64,000 bases of DNA from Octopus vulgaris (taxonomy: Eukaryota). The position numbers and the translations under genes are program-made. The DNA is taken from assembly GCA_951406725.2 (NCBI GenBank), contig OX597815.1, positions 159,092,001 through 159,156,000 of the forward strand. Reading direction: 5' to 3'. Below the pieces are notes generated by a model, which was not told where the DNA came from, ran no database searches, and worked only from the letters and a program-made list of their open reading frames with translations. Shown here piece by piece: positions 11,752 through 24,091 of this stretch; the first letter of the stretch is position 1; each line of letters starts with the position of its first letter.

Positions 11752-12393
11752 TTCTGTTGTGTCTGCGGAGAGTCATTTTCTTTTTGTGCCTTATAATTTA
11801 ACTCATTCACCGGTAAAATTTCAAGACTATTGAAAAGGTTGCAAGACGCAACGAAAATTTTAGGAAAATAAAAATAAGAAATAAGTGGAAATTTTACCGG
11901 TGAGTGTGTTACATTATAAGGCACAAAAAGAAAATGACTCGGATCTTTTCGGTTTGAACGGCAGTTTTTTCTAGCGGTGTCATATGAAATTGTCACCCAT
12001 AATTATGACCCTAGTATCGATCTATTGCATTTCAATCTGTTTTAGGGTTAGGGTTAGTTAGGGTTAGGGGTGGGGGGAAGGGTATCTTTTTTTCTTCAGA
12101 AATGTAAATAAACCCAATCTGTTTCTTAAACGAGGGACATATTCATGCGGCACAGAATGTTTTCACCTCAATAGACGGTCATTGATTGGTTGAAATTGCA
12201 GAAATTAAAGAAAAAAAACAACAAATATCTTACAAACTATAGAATTTTCTCAATAAAGCCGAGAGAAAAAGATGTTTTATAAACACATTCTACCATTATA
12301 CGAAGTTTAACATTTTTTAGTTACCTAGAAATTATGTTATAAATTGCCGTTCAAACCGAAAAGATCCAGTGACTCTCCCCAGACACAACAGAA
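11752..12393. mobile_element. Foldback MITE (TA-flanked) interrupted by a second MITE
   Basis: ta|ttctgttgtgtctgcggagagtcattttctttttgtgccttataat... mirrors ...attataaggcacaaaaagaaaatgactc[insert]tccccagacacaacagaa|ta. Confidence 0.8.
11941..12367. mobile_element. GG-terminal MITE with 8-bp TSD (Merlin-like or hAT-like)
   Basis: TIR ggatcttttcggtttgaacggca / tgccgttcaaaccgaaaagatcc; TSD aatgactc / agtgactc. Confidence 0.85.
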
Positions 12394-13035
12394 TATGCTT
12401 CAACACACGAACTCATATAAAGAATCTTGCAAACCAAATCCATAAACGAAATATTTCGTATAGTTTAACCGTTACTTTTTGACTTCTATATCTCGCTTGT
12501 TTACCTTCAGAAGGAAAAAAAGAATTACTGCAGCAAGAATATCTACAAAGATATGAAAACTGTTTTCAATGTTATTTACCCATTCCACTCAACGCTAAAC
12601 AATAAACATTACAGCTTCTTTATTTCATCAAATATTTAGATCCCACTCTTCTTCCCTCATTCCCCGCTCACTCTCTCTGTTTCTCTGTCTGTATCCTTCT
12701 TTTCTCAATGCTGAAATAAACACAAAAAAAATAAAGAAACAAATACCATATTAAGGTGCAATTTATAAATATCTTCCTTTAAAATTTTTCTCTATTTCTG
12801 GTCATGAACCTAACAAGCCCAAAGCGTAAAAAGCAGTTGTATTCTTTATTTTTCTTCAAAATATAAAAATAACTCTGTTACCACTCCATAATTTTTATTC
12901 CTCGCTAATATAACTGAAGCATTTATCTCGTCTTCACAAACTAACAAGCGCGCGCACACACACGTATTGACCATAAGTGTCCAAGTTATTCAGGTATTTT
13001 AAATGTGTCAGTATGTGCACATGCGTGTGTGTGAA

Positions 13036-13320
13036 GAAACGTGGCTTAGTGGTATTAGTGTCATTCGGCTCACGAGCGCAAGATCGTGAGTTCGATTCCC
13101 AGCGACGCGTTGTCTCTTTCAGCTAGACACGTTATTTCACGTTGTCCCAGTCTACTCAGTTAGCAAAATTGAGCTGTACCTGTATTTCAAAGGGGCCAAC
13201 CTTGTCACATTCTGTGTCACGCCGAATCTTCCCTAACTTGCATGTTAATTTCACGATCAGGCTGTTCCGCTGATCGGATCAACTAGAACACTCGTCATCA
13301 TAACCGAATGAGTGGCAGTT
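13036..13320 (+). mobile_element. tRNA-derived SINE
   Basis: gtggcttagtggt (A box) and gagttcgattccc (B box). Confidence 0.7.
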
Positions 13321-13495
13321 CATGTCTGCTATATAAATGCGAGTGTATGTGGTTTAATCCCAAAAGGCTCGGAAACGATGCATTCTCGAGAAAGATAGCA
13401 GCTGTTTTGCGAAGGCCACAGGCTCATTCCCCCCTGTACCTTACTTGAACAATTGCTTCATATAGTTTACGTCGAAATTACTCGTTCCGGTCAAA

Positions 13496-13783
13496 AGATC
13501 CTGCCGATCTTTCGTTTTGACTCGAAATAATGTAAACAATGAATTCGGTGGTTTCCGTGACCACATGTCTTGTCAACAGTCAGTTGAAAGAGAAAGGGGT
13601 TGTGCGTGTGCGCTTATTCTTGTTTGTGTGCATGCTTTTCTTGTTTGTGCGTGTGTGTGTGTATGTGTGTCTGTGTGCGTGTGTCTGTGCGTCCTTTTTC
13701 TTCTGTGTATGTGTGTGTCTGTTCTATTTTTATGTATTTATATATTGTGGAATGTAGAAATAACACACAGAGGAACAAACATG

Positions 13784-13820
<37 letters not shown>

Positions 13821-13995
13821 GAACAAGCACGCACACGCACACACACACATAGAGGAACAAGCACGCACGCACGCACGCACAACCCATTATCTTTCTCTTC
13901 CCTACTGACAATTGACAAGACAACATGTGGTCACCGTAACCACCGAATTCATTGTTTACAATATTTCGAGTCAAAACGAAAGATCGCCAAGATCC
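13496..13995. mobile_element. Long-TIR (~95 bp) foldback MITE with a mirrored TG/CA-rich interior
   Basis: gatctttcgttttgactcgaaataatgtaaacaatgaattcggtgg... is inverted at 13905-13995. Confidence 0.85.
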
Positions 13996-15219
13996 TTATA
14001 ACTTCTGTACGTTTCGTACATTTATTTTCTTGTCTTTGTTCGATTTTCAAGTGCACTTGTCAGTTACTCTCGCTGCTTAGATGTATTGCGGGCACTGTAC
14101 CCACCAAGCGCCGAAATTCCACTGATTTCTCGTCAACAACTGATAAAGAGATTACAGTTGTGCCTGTCAGTTTGTTCTGAGGTTTTGTTTACCTATACAT
14201 TTCTTTGTTGTCCTTCTATGTTGGTGCTTCCAGTACTTTTGTAAAGCAACCTAATGTGTGTATGTATATGTGTGTATGTATATGTGTGTATGTATATGTG
14301 TGTATGCGCGCGCGCATGTCTGTACCTTTGTCTGTCTTTGTCTGAGTGTGTATGTATATGATATCATCTGCATCTCTGCATGAATATTTGTATATAAGGT
14401 TGTATGTACGAGAGTTATATGTTAATATATATTCATACAGTCACACAAAAACACATTCATCATTACTGTTCTCAACTATGCTTACACTATTATAGAAAGC
14501 TACACAGTCATCAAAATATACGTAAATAAATATGCACGTAAGCATGGTTAATATGTTTGTGTGTGTGTATGTGTGTGTGCGTTAGCGTACGCCTTTTGTA
14601 TGCACGTTTGTATATGTATCTATGTGTGTGTCTTTAATCTCTTGAGTATTTCTAAATATACAAATAATGAAATTTATTTCTAATCTCATTTTAAGATCTT
14701 TGTCTTATGTGTATAAGTGTGTGCTGTTTACATATATGTTCGATGTTTACCAAGATGAATTTTTTTATTTTATTTTATTTATTCACCTTAGATTCAATCT
14801 TATAAACGCGATCTCTTACCGAGATAACATCACTTCGATCGTCAAACATTACGGTTCGAAATACACATCTGCAAAGCATCACCAGCAGTAACCATGTTGC
14901 ATTTACCAAAATCGACCCAAAGGATCAGTATACTGAGCATCGCTTACGTCTTCTGACTATCGGGACCATATTAGGAGCTTAATGACGTGTAGAGACACTT
15001 TATTTCGTTATTAATATTTACGTACCAACTTCCAGAAATGTGTTTGGTATGTAAAATTGGTGTACCCAATAAGGTAACACCGCCGTATTTAGTGGTTATT
15101 TTAAACTGTGAGTTCGTGGATGGTCAATAAGTTGGATGGCCGCTTATGAAGGAGCAAAAACAGTCAATATACAGTTTGAGATTCCTTAAGGAAAGCAAAA
15201 GAAAAAAGAATTGCCTACC

Positions 15220-16258
15220 AGGTGTAAAAAAATGTGTATAAAACGAATTTGCGCAAACCAACGGGGTGGGGGGCAGAGAGGACTTTCGGAAAATTCACAA
15301 GATCCGATTTTTCCATCATAATTTTCAGGAAAATGGATATATATATATAAGCGAAATTTTATAGAAATACCGTTCAAATGGCACAAATTAAGATTATAAA
15401 GAAATTTCTGGGGAAAATGTTTTCCGAAGGAGTGGGTATAGGATTTCAGAAAATTCCCACGATCCATATTTTTCCCCTCATAACTTTCAGGAAAATGGAT
15501 ATCTTTTGATGAAATTTTACTGAAACATCTTTCAAACGGCATAGATTACGATTATGAAGAAATCTGCGGGGAAAATGTTTTCCTGAAAGTTATGAGGGAA
15601 AAAATCGGATCGTGTGAATTTTCCGAAAGTCCTCTCCCCACCCACCGCCGTTCGTTTGCACAAATTTTTGTCTTCATATTCATTTTCTACGCGTTTTTTT
15701 TTACACCTACTAATTTTTTTTTTCCTTTTGGTGACCGAGCGCTAAACTAGATCCTGAAAGTTATGAGGGAAAAAACGGATCGTATGAACTTTCCGACAGT
15801 CCTCGCCCCACCCTTAGGGAAACATTTTCTCCACAAATTTCTTTATAATTGTAATCTTATGCTATTTGAAAGGTGTTTCTATAAAACTTCATTAAAAGAT
15901 ATACGTTTTCCTGTAAGTGACGAGGGAAAAAATACGGATCGTGTGAATCTTCCGAAATCCTCTCCCCTCTCCTTCGAAAAACATTTTTTCCCCTGGAACT
16001 GATGAGGGAAAAAATATGGATCGTGTGATCTTCCGAAATCCTCTCCCCTCTACTTCGAAAAACATTTTCCCCAGAGGTTTCTTTATAATCGTAATTTATG
16101 TCATTTGAACGGTATTTCTATAAAAATTTCATTAATACATATATCCATTTTCCTGAAAATTTTGATGGAAAAATCGGAACTTTTGAATTTTCTGAAGTCC
16201 TCCCCCATTCATTTACGCAATTCTTTTTATATTCGTTTTCTACACATTTTTTACATCT
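15220..16258. mobile_element. Compound foldback element built from ~150-170-bp subrepeats
   Basis: Left arm 15220-15583; inverted arms at 15578-15708 and 15750-16258; termini aggtgtaaaa / ttttacacct / ttttacatct. Confidence 0.75.
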
Positions 16259-16517
16259 ACTCTTTTTACTCTTTACTCTTTTACTCTTTTACATGTTTTA
16301 GTCATTCGAGTGCGGCCATGCTGGAGCACCGCCTTTAGTCGAGCAAATCGACCCCAGGACTTATTCTTTGTATTCTATCGGTTTCTTTTGCCGAACTGCT
16401 AAGTTACGGGGACGCCAACACACCACCATCGGTTGTCAAGCGATGTTGGGGGCACAAACACAGACACACAAACATACACACACACACACACATACATACA
16501 TATATATATATACATAC

Positions 16518-16565
<48 letters not shown>

Positions 16566-16713
16566 GACGGGCTTCTTTCAGTTTCCGTTTGCCAAATCCA
16601 CTGACAAGGCTTTGGTGGGCCCGAGGCTATAGTAGAAGACACTTGCCCAAGGTTCCACGCAGTGTGAATGAACCCGGAACCATGTGATTGGTAAGCAAGC
16701 TACTTCTGCGCCT
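16258..16713 (-). mobile_element. SINE family A
   Basis: Similar to 358-832. Confidence 0.9.
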
Positions 16714-16949
16714 ATGAGTGTATCTGGTAGGTTGTTTTTTGTTTCTTCGTGAAATGGTCTCAAATTGTATATTGGCCCTAAAAACTCCTGAAATATGACA
16801 AATAGGCCCGTTACCCATTTTCATCAGCCATCTCTTTGTTGTTTGCATCAGGCATCTAGGATACGAAACGTCGTAACGAAATCAGTGTTAGCTATAATTT
16901 CTATACAATATCTGTAGTGATAACCTTAACAAGTCATTAATTTTTTTTT

Positions 16950-17258
16950 TATTTATGCGCCCTTTACAAGCCTAGCCAGGCTCATGGAGCCGGTTTCCCG
17001 GTTTCTATGGCGTATGTGTTCCCCCCAGCTGGACGGGATGCCAGTCCATTGCAGCGTTACTCAAGAAACAGGAAGAAAGAGTGAGAAAAAGTTGGGACGA
17101 AAGAGTACCACAGGGGTTGCCACCATCCGCTGCCGGAACCTCGTGCAGCTTTTAGGTGTTTTCGCTCAATAAATACTCACAACGCCTGGTCTGGGAATTG
17201 AAACTGCGATCCTCCAACCGCGAGTCCGCTGCCCTAAACTCTGGGCCATTGCGCCTCC
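16950..17258 (-). mobile_element. tRNA-derived SINE with A-rich tail
   Basis: Minus strand: ggaggcgcaatggcccagagtttagggcagcggactcg...gtttcaattccc, ending aaataaaaaaaaaa. Confidence 0.75.
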
Positions 17259-17587
17259 TTAACAAGTCATATCAGGAGCATTATAGGCCCTCGAGTGCAT
17301 CGAGTCCTATTGTATTTATTTATTTATTTATTTATTTACTTATTGATAGCAAGCCACAGTACAGATCAAAATTGGACTCCGAATCCTGTGAAACCTCTGG
17401 GCAAATCAGTGCACTGGGCCCTATAGTATATTTATTAGCAGCAAGCCACTGCACACATGGATCAGAATCGGGCCTCACTGTATAGGATGAGAACAAGGAA
17501 ATTCTACTGCTTATTCCGATTGATGTCGAGCTCAGGGACAAAGGACATCATCGACCTGCAATAGCTTGGAATATTATTGACAAATCT

Positions 17588-17800
17588 AAGGTGGCGAGTT
17601 GGTAGAATCGTTAACATGCCGGACAAAATGCTCCGCGGCATTTTGTTCGTCTTTACGTTCTAAGTCCAAATCCACCGAGGTCGACTTTACCTTTCATCTT
17701 TTCGGGGTCGATAAAATAAGTACCAGTTGAATACTGGTGTTGATGTAAGCGACTTACTCCTTCCCCCAAACTTGCTGTCCTTGTGCCAAGCTTGAAACCA
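17588..17800 (+). mobile_element. SINE family B
   Basis: Similar to 1737-1953. Confidence 0.85.
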
Positions 17801-18268
17801 ATATTACTGTCAGATCTATTACATATTCTAATCATTTGTTTAACATTAGATGTTGCCTGTCTAGATAGTGAAACAGCTAGCGATATCGTCCCTCAACAGA
17901 AAATCCGAGCTGTTCTCAACAGGCAGACATCATCATAAGCACCGTCAACAGCATAAACATTTTCTATACGCTCTAAGCTATGCTGGAAAGAAAAGTAAAA
18001 CGTTGGAATGTAAGATAAAAAGACATTTGTCAACGTTTACAGCATTTCTGCTTCTTACAGTGATAAGTTTTGCCACTTTTAACTGAGTATAGGTGTACAA
18101 TTTGGGAGATTTACACGCACGCTCACATATATAACAGAAGAGAATATTTGGAGTGCACTATCCATGAATTTCGTCGTTATTATTTTCTCATACGTCTCGT
18201 GTTCTCTAATATTTATGAAAACATTTTACTGCCTTTTGACTAATTATATGAGTTATGTTCGGAGACGT

Positions 18269-18313
<45 letters not shown>

Positions 18314-18314
18314 G

Positions 18315-18424
<110 letters not shown>

Positions 18425-19183
18425 TGTATGTATGTATGTATGTATGTATGTATGTATATCTATATGTGTGTGTGTGTCTTTGTGGCGGTCTTTGTCCTCC
18501 ATCATTGCTTGGCAGTTGGTGCTGATGTGATTACGTTTCCGTGGTTCGGCAACAAAAGAAAAAAGATGATAGAATAAGATCCAGGCTTACAAAATGGAAA
18601 AAAGGACTGGGGTTGATAAATTCAAAGCAGTGCCCCAGCATGGCCGCAGTCTAATGACTGAAACGAGCAAAAGATAAAAGGTACATACATACACACACAC
18701 ACACACACATAGACACACAATATATATACAAATGATTCTAATGTGTATAGTGAACTCACAGATACACACATATACATACACACTCAAACACTCACACATA
18801 CACACACACAAATACGCACGCGCACGCGCACACACACACATATGAGCGGGGTGGTATTCTTCTTTTTTTTTTTATCTATTTCTGTAACTGTATCTGTTGT
18901 GAGCTAAAGCTAAATTTATTGTCTGTTTTTCAACATTCCACAAATATATTTGACCTCTAAAATTATACGGACATTCTTTTCAAGTTCTGATAGAAGATGA
19001 CAGATGACAATTATGACACCTCCAAAACTGATACGATTCCTTCATCATTCCTCATCCACCGCCTCCAATTATCACAACATCACAACATTCTGTCCACCCC
19101 CACATTTCCCTGTTACAATAAATAACAGCGAAGAATTCAATAATGTCAGTGTTTCTCCAATGATAAGGATAAGGACCAAATAA

Positions 19184-19250
<67 letters not shown>

Positions 19251-19271
19251 ATCATCATCATCATCATCATT

Positions 19272-19488
19272 AAGGCGGTGAGCTGGCAGAATTGTTAGCA
19301 TGCCGGGCAAAATGCTTAGAGGTACTTCCTCTTCCTTACAATTTGGGTTCAAAATCCGCCGAGATCGACTTAGCCGTTCATCCTTTCGGGGTCGATAAAT
19401 TAAGTACCTCTGAAACACTGGGGTCGATTTTATCGACTAGTCCCCTCCCCCCAAATTTCAGGCCTTGTGCTTACAGTAGAAAAGATTA
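19272..19488 (+). mobile_element. SINE family B
   Basis: Similar to 1737-1953; flanked by (CAT)n and (ATT)n. Confidence 0.85.
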
Positions 19489-19561
<73 letters not shown>

Positions 19562-20980
19562 GCGTCGTTGGACGCTGGACGGACTGACTGGTTAAATTGC
19601 TTGGAGTCTGGTTCGGTCGGGACCTCCAGATGGACAAAAACTGGCACAATATAACGTGCAGGGTGACTGCTCTCACCTAGAAATGGGCCGAGAGAAATCT
19701 ATCCCTGAAAGGTCTGGCAGATGTGGTTAACACGTATATCGCGTCCATCATCTATCGTTTGACCGTCGTGCCTTGTCCTGGCCACCGTCTGATTATGTTG
19801 GAGCGTATACTCATTCGTTTCTTATGGAAACGACTCGTTCCGATGGCTAGGCGGTTGATCTGCTGTCAACACCCGCTGAATGGTGGCCTGGGCATGCCGT
19901 GGTTGATGATGCGCAGACGTGCGCTGAGGCTACATCTCCATTGCTTCCTTGACGGTAAACAGGTGTGATCACCGTTCGCCAGACACGTATTTCCGCAGCT
20001 AGTTTCTTTAACGGAGCTGCAACCCTGGGTAAAACAGAGACGATGGGGAGCATTTAGAAAGTGGAATGTCTTCAAGCGTTCAAAGCCCTCATCCAATCAG
20101 ATCTGCGATAGGTGAAACATCCACTTTAGCTTTTTATAGAGAATTAGTGGAGGAAAAGTGCGACGACGTTCTTGGGAAGTCAAAGAAAGTCAACTAGCAG
20201 CTCTATTCTGGGGACCTTTCGGCCCGGGACCGATGGATAATTTCAAAAAATCTCTGGCTTGGTAGTGCTACCGATGAGCTTTGCCTGTTCGAGATAAATC
20301 TTACAGACACAAAAGTGCCGTCAGCCGCACATGTCCGAGATGCACGCAGGACGACGAGATGGTCCTACATGCACTCATCCAGTGCTTAGGCATTGCTAAC
20401 CTGTGGGCATTGCTAACCTGTGGGCTTATGCCGAACACCTGCTGTCGCGTGTGGGAGAAATCCGGCTGTCATCTGAATCCACCGTAAAGATCACTCCGCC
20501 GCCTTCCTTTAACCGGGAAGTAAAGGCTGTGTTTATATGCCTGGTGGCCATGGCGAAAGATGTATGGTAGACGAGATTGGAGGGGCTGAAAACAAATACT
20601 TTTCTCTTTGGTTTATTCCCTGATCAACTTCTTCAAGTTTCACTTGAAAAGGAAAATAAGGGTAGAGAGGGAAGTGTTATCTTCTAGCCAGTTTGCTGAA
20701 AGGTGGATGAAAGTGGCGAGAATGGTGCGATTGAATGTGTCTGCCCTGAACATACGCCTGTAGTTGGAAAAAAAAGGAAAGGAAAAAAGACATCTGCCCC
20801 CAAAGTCAGTGTACCCATGGATTTTTATGGGATTTTTCCATGAGCAGCCCTCAAACGTTTCCTCCCTATTTAGGATAACACATTGATGATTTTTAAATAA
20901 TTTTGTTAGTCTTGTTTACACGCAAAACCCTCACAACACACACGCACGCACATACACACACTCACACACACACACACACA

Positions 20981-21047
<67 letters not shown>

Positions 21048-21120
21048 ACATTCTTTGTTTTGTCCTGTACTGTCCATAAAGTTTTTCTTAATGCAAACCC
21101 TTTTGGTTAATAAAGAAATC
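19562..21120 (+). mobile_element. 5'-truncated Tx1/L1-type LINE (post-RT region, zf-RVT, 3'UTR)
   Basis: KWAERNLSLKG..VVNTYIAS..YRL...FLWK...NGGLGMP and LPVRDK..TCPRC...EMVLHALIQC; frameshifts; ends aataaagaaatc in (ATT)n. Confidence 0.85.
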
Positions 21121-21137
21121 ATTATTATTATCATTAT

Positions 21138-21480
21138 TGGGTGAGAGAGCAGTGAATGCCATCAAAGTTACACTGGGGCAAAACATACGAAGCCCAGTAT
21201 ACCCATCATGACTACCCATCTGATAAGGGTACACTAAGCACATGCATCACAACCATATGTGCGCGACATGGTGATCTCATATCAAGATAAACAGCACATG
21301 ACCTTGCAGGTGAGGCCCAGTTAGAATTTTCTGCAGGTCGAGTAGCCCATCCTGCTCAAAAGCTCTCTGAATAAGGGTTGTTTAAGGATGTTGAACGAAA
21401 TACCCATGTTTGCAGAGGAGAATTATCCAAACCCCAAAGAATTTCTCTCAACACATGGCTATGATGCTCCCACACTACTG
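21138..21480. mobile_element. Repeat family D copy
   Basis: Similar to 3387-3735. Confidence 0.8.
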
Positions 21481-21869
21481 CTGCTGCCCCAAATTTTGGG
21501 CCTTCTGCCTATATTAGAAACGATCATTATTATTATTATTATTTGGGATTTTTTTTCCACAGTTTTAACACTTGACAGTAAATATTTCGGATAAATCTTG
21601 GAAAAAAAACTTAAACAAGAGAATTATATAAGCTTAACCACTCTCTTCACTACAAAAGCCAATAACAGCGTTAATAGAATTTAATTTTTTAGTTCAGTAG
21701 ATTACAACGAAATCTAGTCTGGCGGATTAGCAAGTTATTGTTAACTTCGATTTAGTTCTTAGTCGAGAAAACAAACCTAGGATCAAAAGCGTTCTTCAGG
21801 CTATGCTCACTACGCCTCTGTGTATGTGTCTGCGCATGCGTGAGCGTGCATGTATGCGTATTTGAGTGA

Positions 21870-21937
<68 letters not shown>

Positions 21938-22129
21938 GTCTGCCTATATGAACCGCTTTAAAAATTGTCAGAATTTCATTCGCTTGAAACAACAATTGAT
22001 AGCACAGTTAATCCACAAATAAAGAATATTTATCCACCAAATACAGCATTGAACACTCACTTCCATTGTCCGATATTACCTATTATTGTGTATTTGTATA
22101 TTATTATGTTTAGTATTATTATTCCTTCG

Positions 22130-23410
22130 TAACACAGTGTAGGTGAAAATGCACCAGAGTCTTTAGTCGTCTGTCAAGTCACAAGGAACTCTGATAGATA
22201 ATACTTTCCTTAAGATGTGCGCTGTGTCCAATAAAGCTGCTTTTTGCAAGACACCAATCTTGCATGGGATTTCCAGTTGCCTTAAGAAGTTTTGAAGTCT
22301 CAATGGGATTGAGCCCAACGCTCCGATCACCACTGATATCACTTTTACATTACCCTCTCACATTCCATACAGTCTTGCCATTTCGACTTTCAATTTGGAG
22401 CACTTGGTGATGTTTTCAACCTCTTTACTCACACCATGCATGTCATTTGGTATGGCTACATCAATGATCTGACAGCATTTGTCGCTCTTATTCAATATGA
22501 TAATATCCGACCGACGGTGTTCAATTACACGATCCATCTGAAGATCATAGTCCCAGAGTATCGTTACTTTTCCATCCTCCTGCATAACTTTACTTGGTAC
22601 ATGCTCATACCAGTTCTCTGTTACTTCATATTGGTATTTACGTCATAAGAGCCAATGAAGATACACACACTTTATCGTGGCGGCGCTTAAATTCTTTTTG
22701 TGCAAGGCTCTCACATCCACTTGCTAAGTGGGTCACATTTTCCACACTCTTTCCACAGAGTCTGCATTTCTGGGTATCAGAAGTTTTATAGATGTTATAC
22801 TTCGCTGACTTGCTAGCGGGAGTCTGGTCTTGGGTAGCAGTAATCAGGCTTTTGGTGGTACACTTCAAATCACCTCGCTCAAGCCATTGTCAACATTAAA
22901 AGAATATATTGTTTACGGATTTGATTCAAAATTAATGATTCCAGAGGCTAGTTTATAGGATGCCATTAAAATGTAAGACTTTGTTGATAGCTTTATCAGC
23001 TTAAAAAGAAAAAGAAAAAGAAAAAGAAAAGAAAAAGAAAAGAAAAGAAAAGAAAATCTTTATATATTTCTTTACAAAACTAAGAATGGAACTGAAATCA
23101 AATCCTTATTAGCTAGCCTCCAGTTGAAATATAGTGGCTGTATTATCCTTAACGTCCTGTGTATTCCTTTCAAACCGTCCATTCATTCTCATTTCAAGAT
23201 CTTCTTTTCTCTTCTCCTCAGGTCTTTGGTTAAACTCTTCCTTGTCCATCATTTTATCTGCATTTGCACCCATATCTTTCGCGGCATATTGCCACAGGTC
23301 TTCATCAGTATTTATGAAATACTCAGCAAGCATTCTCCTTTCACTCTTTATACAATGGTCTATGCTAATTAGTCCTCTGCCACCATTCTTTCTTTATGGT
23401 GCAGTGCCCC
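22130..23410 (-). mobile_element. Degenerate RLE-type LINE (R4/Dong-like): CCHC knuckle and RLE endonuclease
   Basis: KCRLCGKSVENVTHLASGCESLAQKEFKRRHDKV; ILWDYDLQMDRVIEHRRSDIIIL...IIDVAIPND. Confidence 0.85.
22888..23143 (+). repeat. Direct copy of 25946-26185 inserted into the LINE relic
   Basis: Near-identical sequence tgtcaacattaaaagaat...atagtggctgtat at both sites. Confidence 0.95.
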
Positions 23411-24002
23411 TCTAGCGGGTTTGGCTACTGTTAGTGTAACGCTACTTTTATATGTTTCTTATTTGGAAATAGATAAATATGTTTTACTTTTGAAGTAAGG
23501 ATATATATTGATAAACCCGTCACTTATAACTTACTTATAAGTGTTATCATTATACATAAATCCTGACTCCAGCTAGATAAACGCCATAGCGAGAAATATA
23601 TTCTCTGAAACGCTAACGGACATTTTATGCGTACATGTATGTTGAAGATAAGTAAATCTTTTAACCGCTATAAAAAAAAATACAGTTTCATAATTACAGA
23701 AATAAATTTCATTAACAAGTCGAAGTAATTTTGTCGTAGAGAATTACGACTTAAAATCCACACAATCTAATTCTTCACAACTAACTATTATAGATGACAA
23801 CAATTCAAATAAGTCTTGTTGGATTTTTATCATAGACATGGCATAAAAAATAGCCAATGTCTCAAAGGAGTGAGTGTCGTGGAGTTTAGTAAAATCCCAC
23901 AAACACTAAAGTTTTCCCCAAAATCCAAACTGCTCAACTTGTCTTTAAAGAATTGAAATCACATAAAAATATTCTTTAACTAATTTCAGAATTCCTATAT
24001 GA

Positions 24003-24091
24003 GCAGTTATTTCAACCAATGGGAAAACGACAATCATATTACGTCATATTGCCAGCTACCACAAATTGGCGCCACTATTTGAAATAGCTGC
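24003..24091. mobile_element. Tiny inverted-repeat element containing CCAAT, CRE-like and E2F/CHR-like motifs
   Basis: gcagttatttcaa ... ttgaaatagctgc (12/13 inverted match). Confidence 0.5.
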
